A DNA stretch of 53,003 nucleotides, counting the filler, from Asterionella formosa (lineage: Eukaryota): the NCBI GenBank assembly GCA_002256025.1. It is 4 parts of 4 records of this genome, joined end to end, with 100 filler letters (N's around TTAATTAATTAA, not from the genome) between each part and the next. Parts side by side here need not be neighbours in the genome. Positions count along the whole stretch, not along the records: positions 39,838 to 53,003 come from NKIB01006906.1; 3 more parts are not named here. The stretch is one strand, 5' to 3'. The position numbers were made by a program, and so were the translations under genes. Shown here piece by piece: positions 48,490 to 53,003 of this stretch. Position 1 is the stretch's first letter; every line of letters starts with the position of its first letter. The notes under the pieces were generated by a model. It had not been told where the DNA came from, did no database searches, and worked only from the letters and a program-made list of their open reading frames with translations.

Positions 48490-49833
48490 ATGGTGTTTGT
48501 TGAACGGAGTTTGCAAGGCACAGTAGCGAGTCATCGTCGTCAAGGATTCACCTCTCTTGTGGCGAAAATAAACGGAAGTAGCATCAATGCTCTCAGATCT
48601 GTTGGTTCGACTACGGTCAATGAGAAGAAAACGGACGTTGGCAGCAGCACCACAAGCAACGACAGAAAGGAAAAATTCTCAAGTAGGAGCAATGTAGTAG
48701 CAACTACATCGCATATTATTCATCGTTCTCCCATTGACATTGAAAGACTTGTCAAAGCCCGTGTAATCGAGCGCGATTCGTGGTCCATCCAGGGTCAACC
48801 GGGCATTGTTGATATTGTCAAAGCAATGTGGAACCATGCTCCCGAAATGCTGTTTCATCAAATCCCGTCGCAAGACGAACTCAATCAGGTCTTTCCAGTA
48901 CTACCCATGGACTGGGATAAAGTTGTCAATCCACCACTGGAAGAAATCCAAGTCACATGGCTGGGCCATGCCTCGTTGCTTGTCCAAATGAATGGGGTGA
49001 ATATACTGACAGATCCGGTCTTTAGTCAACGATGCTCTCCTTTCCAATGGCTCGGTCCAAAACGATATCGACCTGCACCCACATGTTTAAAAGTGCTTTG
49101 CTCTCAAAAATTGAAAATCGATTTAGTTTTGATTTCCCATAATCACTACGATCATTTAGATTTACAATCGATTCAAGATATTATTTCGTATTCGTCGGAC
49201 GACATTCAATTTGTTGTTCCACTGGGAGTCAAGGCATGGTTTCGCAATAATATCATCCCCCGTAATTTTGCTGGCCATGGATCGTCGCCTTCATCACTTC
49301 TGTCAAAGATTCACGAAGTGGACTGGCACGAAAATGTTGACTATTTCGGTTCTTGCCCGGACCATCCAATATTACAAATTACTTCTGTCCCTATGCGCCA
49401 CTGGTCAAATCGCGGTAGCGACAGGGATGAAACACTTTGGTGTGGGTATGTCCTGCAAACTAAGATGAGCGATAATAGTGACACGATACCCTTGAAATTT
49501 CTTTTCCCTGGTGATACGGCATGGTTTGATGGTTTACATGATATTGGGACCCGATACGGTCCCTTTGATGTCAGCGCCATTCCGATTGGAGCGTACGAGC
49601 CACGAGAGTTTATGAAGTCCACTCACATTAACGTGGAAGAAGCCATCCAAATGAAGGATGCGGTTCAAGCAAAAATGGCAGTTCCAATTCACTGGGGAAC
49701 GATAGATTTGCCATTGTGCCATGAACCAGTGATGGAGCCAAGAGAAAAACTATTGCAGTTCATGAAGGGGAGACCAGACAAGAATTCCTTTGTACCGTGG
49801 TTGATCGGAGAAACGAAGCAAAGTAAAAAGTAG
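48490..49833 (+). CDS. NAPEPLD: N-acyl-phosphatidylethanolamine phospholipase D-like metallo-beta-lactamase-fold hydrolase
   Basis: VTWLGHAS, ILTDPVFSQRCSP...GPKRY, ISHNHYDHLD, HWS.R, LWCGY, GDT, IPIGAYEPR..M...H, PIHWGT. First in-frame ATG at 48490. Confidence 0.92.
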   Translation: MVFVERSLQGTVASHRRQGFTSLVAKINGSSINALRSVGSTTVNEKKTDVGSSTTSNDRKEKFSSRSNVVATTSHIIHRSPIDIERLVKARVIERDSWSIQGQPGIVDIVKAMWNHAPEMLFHQIPSQDELNQVFPVLPMDWDKVVNPPLEEIQVTWLGHASLLVQMNGVNILTDPVFSQRCSPFQWLGPKRYRPAPTCLKVLCSQKLKIDLVLISHNHYDHLDLQSIQDIISYSSDDIQFVVPLGVKAWFRNNIIPRNFAGHGSSPSSLLSKIHEVDWHENVDYFGSCPDHPILQITSVPMRHWSNRGSDRDETLWCGYVLQTKMSDNSDTIPLKFLFPGDTAWFDGLHDIGTRYGPFDVSAIPIGAYEPREFMKSTHINVEEAIQMKDAVQAKMAVPIHWGTIDLPLCHEPVMEPREKLLQFMKGRPDKNSFVPWLIGETKQSKK

Positions 49834-50090
49834 TGTACTGGTAGCTACGTACGTTTTGCACAGTCTTTACTCATATCTTCCTTTCCAGGTGACAGATCAA
49901 GAATCACCCTGTTCATTGTTGCACAACACTCAAAGTCTTCTTTGACACAACCATGCAATCTATTTATTCCTATCTATTCCAGCAATGGGACAAAAGTGAA
50001 GGATACATGCCGCAATCGATACAAACACAGTGGATGGTCATATTAGGACCATTTCACAACGCAATCCCACCACCAAAGACGACCATCACG

Positions 50091-51545
50091 CTATGCGACT
50101 CCTCCCAGGTCGCCTAGGAACGCGCTCCAATCCATAGTTTCAAAGTCCTTCCGAAGCTTGTCCAATTCTGGCGATACTCTCTCTCCAAGCGTGTTGTAGC
50201 CGTTCCACGGAACCTCCTTGGTAACTCCGAGCCGGATCCACTCAGTCGCAATGATTTTTTCGCCCGCCCATACAGGACATCCACTATGTTCAGTAAAGCC
50301 ATTATCCATTGTCTTGGTTATTGGGTCAATGTATGAAAAAAATATAGCTTGATTCTTTGCCCCTTGAACATGCACCCCAGCATTTCGAAAGTTCGTTGAG
50401 CCTCCTTTTGTTGGAATGGTACAATACATGACCATACTAGCGACACGCATTGCATGCTTATGAGGTTTGCCGGAACAGTCTCCATCACAATGTGGCAAGT
50501 ACTGGTCTGGTGGTGATGAACTGTTGCTGTTTGGTTCTCCTTTCCCTGTATAGCGAATGCTCATGATAGGCTCTTGTCCTTCTGAAGAAAGGTTTATTCC
50601 CATGGAATGAGATGCATATCGAAAGATTCGCTCACGCAATCCATGAATTGGATTCGTTTCTGGTAAATTCATTGTAGAAATGGCAGCTTGCATGGCTTTC
50701 CGACTTTCGGATATAGTGACATGGCCTTTACCATCATAGGTTGATGCATTAGTATAATGAGCTTGATTTTGAATAGCATTACATTCCTCGTCGGAAATAA
50801 AGTCGTGAATAACTTGGATGCGACTTGATTTCCAATGATGGAGCGTATGAATCACATACCGTTGTTGGGGGCTGTCCGGATCGACCCATTCGTTTATCAA
50901 TACAGGATCATTGGTAGGCAAGGTGTCGTCAGCACATGTATAGCGTTCAAAGTCAGCTGCCAATCGTTGCTTTATTAAGTGTTCCCTGTCAAAATTAGCA
51001 TTCATCCCATTCCATTGGTCCAATTCGATGGTTGCTGCTGTCATCAGGCATGCTGAAATTTCCTGTAGCGCTGCATCGAATTCTTCCTTGCTGATATTCT
51101 TGTTACGATTCATTTGTTGGTGTCGTCGACAGGGACGAGTCCATGCCTTGACGATATCGATTGTTGTTGTGGTGCTGGTTGTTTCATGTGTCAGAAGGGT
51201 CTCATTCGGATGAGTGTTACTACTGCTCACAACAACAACGAAAACGCCGCTACTGCCAAAGTCAATCTCGTGAGAGTGCATAACATGTGACCCAATATGT
51301 ACCGAGGATGAATCCAAGAGCTGCACTGTCAGTAGGGTCCCCGGTCGAACTTGTCGTTGTTGTAAATGGCGCTGCTGGTTGTACCAATAAACAGGAATGG
51401 AAGACGCCGAATCATTTCGAATGGTTAATAGAAGCGCATTTCGAATCGGCTCCACTGGTAGGATCAGAGCATAAAGAGCAATAAGAGTAACAATGCTGAC
51501 AATAAAAGAGGAAACTCCTGTTGAGTTTGTCGTCGTTGACAGCAT
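50091..51545 (-). CDS. Prolyl 4-hydroxylase alpha-like 2OG-Fe(II) dioxygenase, membrane-anchored/secretory
   Basis: DFISDEEC, QYLPHCD, RVASMVMYC, GGSTNF, TEHSGCPVWAGEKIIATEWIR. First ATG at 51545, followed by a hydrophobic helix. Confidence 0.88.
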   Translation of the reverse strand: MLSTTTNSTGVSSFIVSIVTLIALYALILPVEPIRNALLLTIRNDSASSIPVYWYNQQRHLQQRQVRPGTLLTVQLLDSSSVHIGSHVMHSHEIDFGSSGVFVVVVSSSNTHPNETLLTHETTSTTTTIDIVKAWTRPCRRHQQMNRNKNISKEEFDAALQEISACLMTAATIELDQWNGMNANFDREHLIKQRLAADFERYTCADDTLPTNDPVLINEWVDPDSPQQRYVIHTLHHWKSSRIQVIHDFISDEECNAIQNQAHYTNASTYDGKGHVTISESRKAMQAAISTMNLPETNPIHGLRERIFRYASHSMGINLSSEGQEPIMSIRYTGKGEPNSNSSSPPDQYLPHCDGDCSGKPHKHAMRVASMVMYCTIPTKGGSTNFRNAGVHVQGAKNQAIFFSYIDPITKTMDNGFTEHSGCPVWAGEKIIATEWIRLGVTKEVPWNGYNTLGERVSPELDKLRKDFETMDWSAFLGDLGGVA

Positions 51546-51922
51546 TGTTGTACCGGTAGTCTTTTCATGGCGGTATGGAACTTCCGATTTTATAAACTTA
51601 TATGCATACAGTGACGGGCATATATTTTTGTAGATGCTATAAGTATTATCAAATATAACAGCCGAGTCGACCTGTCCGGCGCGCACCGATAAAAATATAG
51701 CTTGGTTTACATATAGATGGATATGTATATATATATGTTTACTTTTGTATTTTACATATTGTTACCAACACGTGCATCCAAGGGATCACAAAAGTCTCTG
51801 TGGTGCAAGATTCTATAGTCCTTCTTGACACAATTTGAGATGATGATTCATGTTCATCCTCTGCTGAGAAACACAGTTCTTTTTCGTAAAAGTAAGGTCA
51901 TCGCCATCAAAAGCTCGCACCT

Positions 51923-53003
51923 ATGAGCTTAGTAAATGTCTTCCGAGAGGAAGAGGATAGCGGAGATAAAGTGGAAACTATTATGGACCAGATTGAGAAC
52001 TGCTTGGCGCAGTCCCTTTTGATCTTCATGTTGGCGGATCTCCGATTGCTAAGTGCGACTGGAAGAATCTCGACAAAGTACGAGACGCTCTCCATTGACA
52101 GCGATCGAGTAATGAAGACGAGTGCAAATGAAATCACATGCTTATCCGATCCGAGGACGAATCATAGAGTAGGAAGTAGCATATCACCGGCTCACATAAT
52201 GACAGTTCTGTTCATCGAGATCATGAATGAAGTACAGGTACACAAGGGGAAAATTACTATTCCTGCAGATGGATCTGGAAATTTTTTGCAGGAGGAAACA
52301 GATACATTTGAGGATCCCAATCGACTTCTATCAATTGACACAGGATACCTGCAAAGAAATGCGATGCTGAAGCAAGCTGAAGGTGATATGCATGATCTCA
52401 TCAGGGGGTACGCTAGAGGCTTGCGCCGAGATCTCAAGCAGGATCTAGCAGAAGTTGAAAAGGCCGCAAGAAGTACACCCCACATGAAAATAAAGGACAA
52501 AATAAAGGAGCTTAAAGTGCACTTTCAAAAGCCTCAAATCAAGCGTATGAGAGCAAAGAGTCACTTGGAGACAATGCACGAGTTTGTTGGGATTCAGAAC
52601 TCTCTTCTGAACTCAGCTGGTGGAGCTGCTTTGGAAAATATGCATAGCTCACTTGGTGATGCTGCTGGAAGAGCATCGTTTCGATCCAGCGTTGTAGGGG
52701 CCATCGATGACGACGAGTCCATGGTCGATCACGACAAGGATCTGCTGCGGCGAATGATGGAGGTGGCCGTTGAGTCCAGGGAATTTGATCAACTTCACTT
52801 TGTAAAAGACTTTTTCAAGGAGGGTTCCATCTCGCATGTTATGGCTAAGTCTACCGCTCAACTTGTTTGGCTTCATGATTGGTTTCCTACGAAGGAGTGT
52901 ACTTATGCTATCTCCGTAGATGTAATAAGAAAGAAAGTCCTAGTTGTCTTCCGAGGTGCGATTACCAGACAAGATTGGTCTCACGCTTTTGATTCCAATT
53001 TGC
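51923..53003 (+). CDS. Class-3 lipase-like protein, runs off the window end (not in ORF track)
   Basis: Open frame from ATG 51923 (MSLVNVFREEE...LLIFMLADLR...) to the end, finishing CTYAISVDVIRKKVLVVFRGAITRQDW, the typical start of a Lipase_3 domain. GxSxG lies outside the window. Confidence 0.75.
   Translation, partial: MSLVNVFREEEDSGDKVETIMDQIENCLAQSLLIFMLADLRLLSATGRISTKYETLSIDSDRVMKTSANEITCLSDPRTNHRVGSSISPAHIMTVLFIEIMNEVQVHKGKITIPADGSGNFLQEETDTFEDPNRLLSIDTGYLQRNAMLKQAEGDMHDLIRGYARGLRRDLKQDLAEVEKAARSTPHMKIKDKIKELKVHFQKPQIKRMRAKSHLETMHEFVGIQNSLLNSAGGAALENMHSSLGDAAGRASFRSSVVGAIDDDESMVDHDKDLLRRMMEVAVESREFDQLHFVKDFFKEGSISHVMAKSTAQLVWLHDWFPTKECTYAISVDVIRKKVLVVFRGAITRQDWSHAFDSNL

Overview
Eukaryotic nuclear DNA, most likely from a diatom draft assembly. 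The evidence is short GT-AG introns, signal peptides followed by F/L (bipartite plastid-type presequences), diatom-type Ty1/copia elements, and four N gaps, three containing an artificial TTAATTAATTAA linker. The first 11 kb holds two decayed copia retroelements flanking a GDT1/PAM71-like gene: a gag/RT chimera with one LTR, and a full-length element with both LTRs and a CTATT target duplication. The rest is gene-dense: Spt3-like, TFIIIC Tfc4-like TPR, flavodoxin, Trp-acidic motif protein, carotenoid-oxygenase homolog, QTRT2, small Tim, HA-repeat protein, TPR protein, two 2OG-Fe(II) oxygenases, a frameshifted amino-acid transporter, Upf1-like helicase, NAPE-PLD and a truncated class-3 lipase. 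The most notable observations are: (1) an intact, apparently plastid-targeted carotenoid-cleavage-oxygenase homolog with all four Fe-binding histidines apparently replaced; (2) a flavodoxin with an extra C-terminal module; (3) a putative intron in the retrotransposon leader; (4) quasi-palindromic (TACCAGG)n/TACCGGTA motifs concentrated upstream of genes; (5) ~265-bp inverted repeats bracketing three genes; (6) three consecutive foldbacks at 38.1-39.1 kb. All calls come from manual motif reading; no searches were run.
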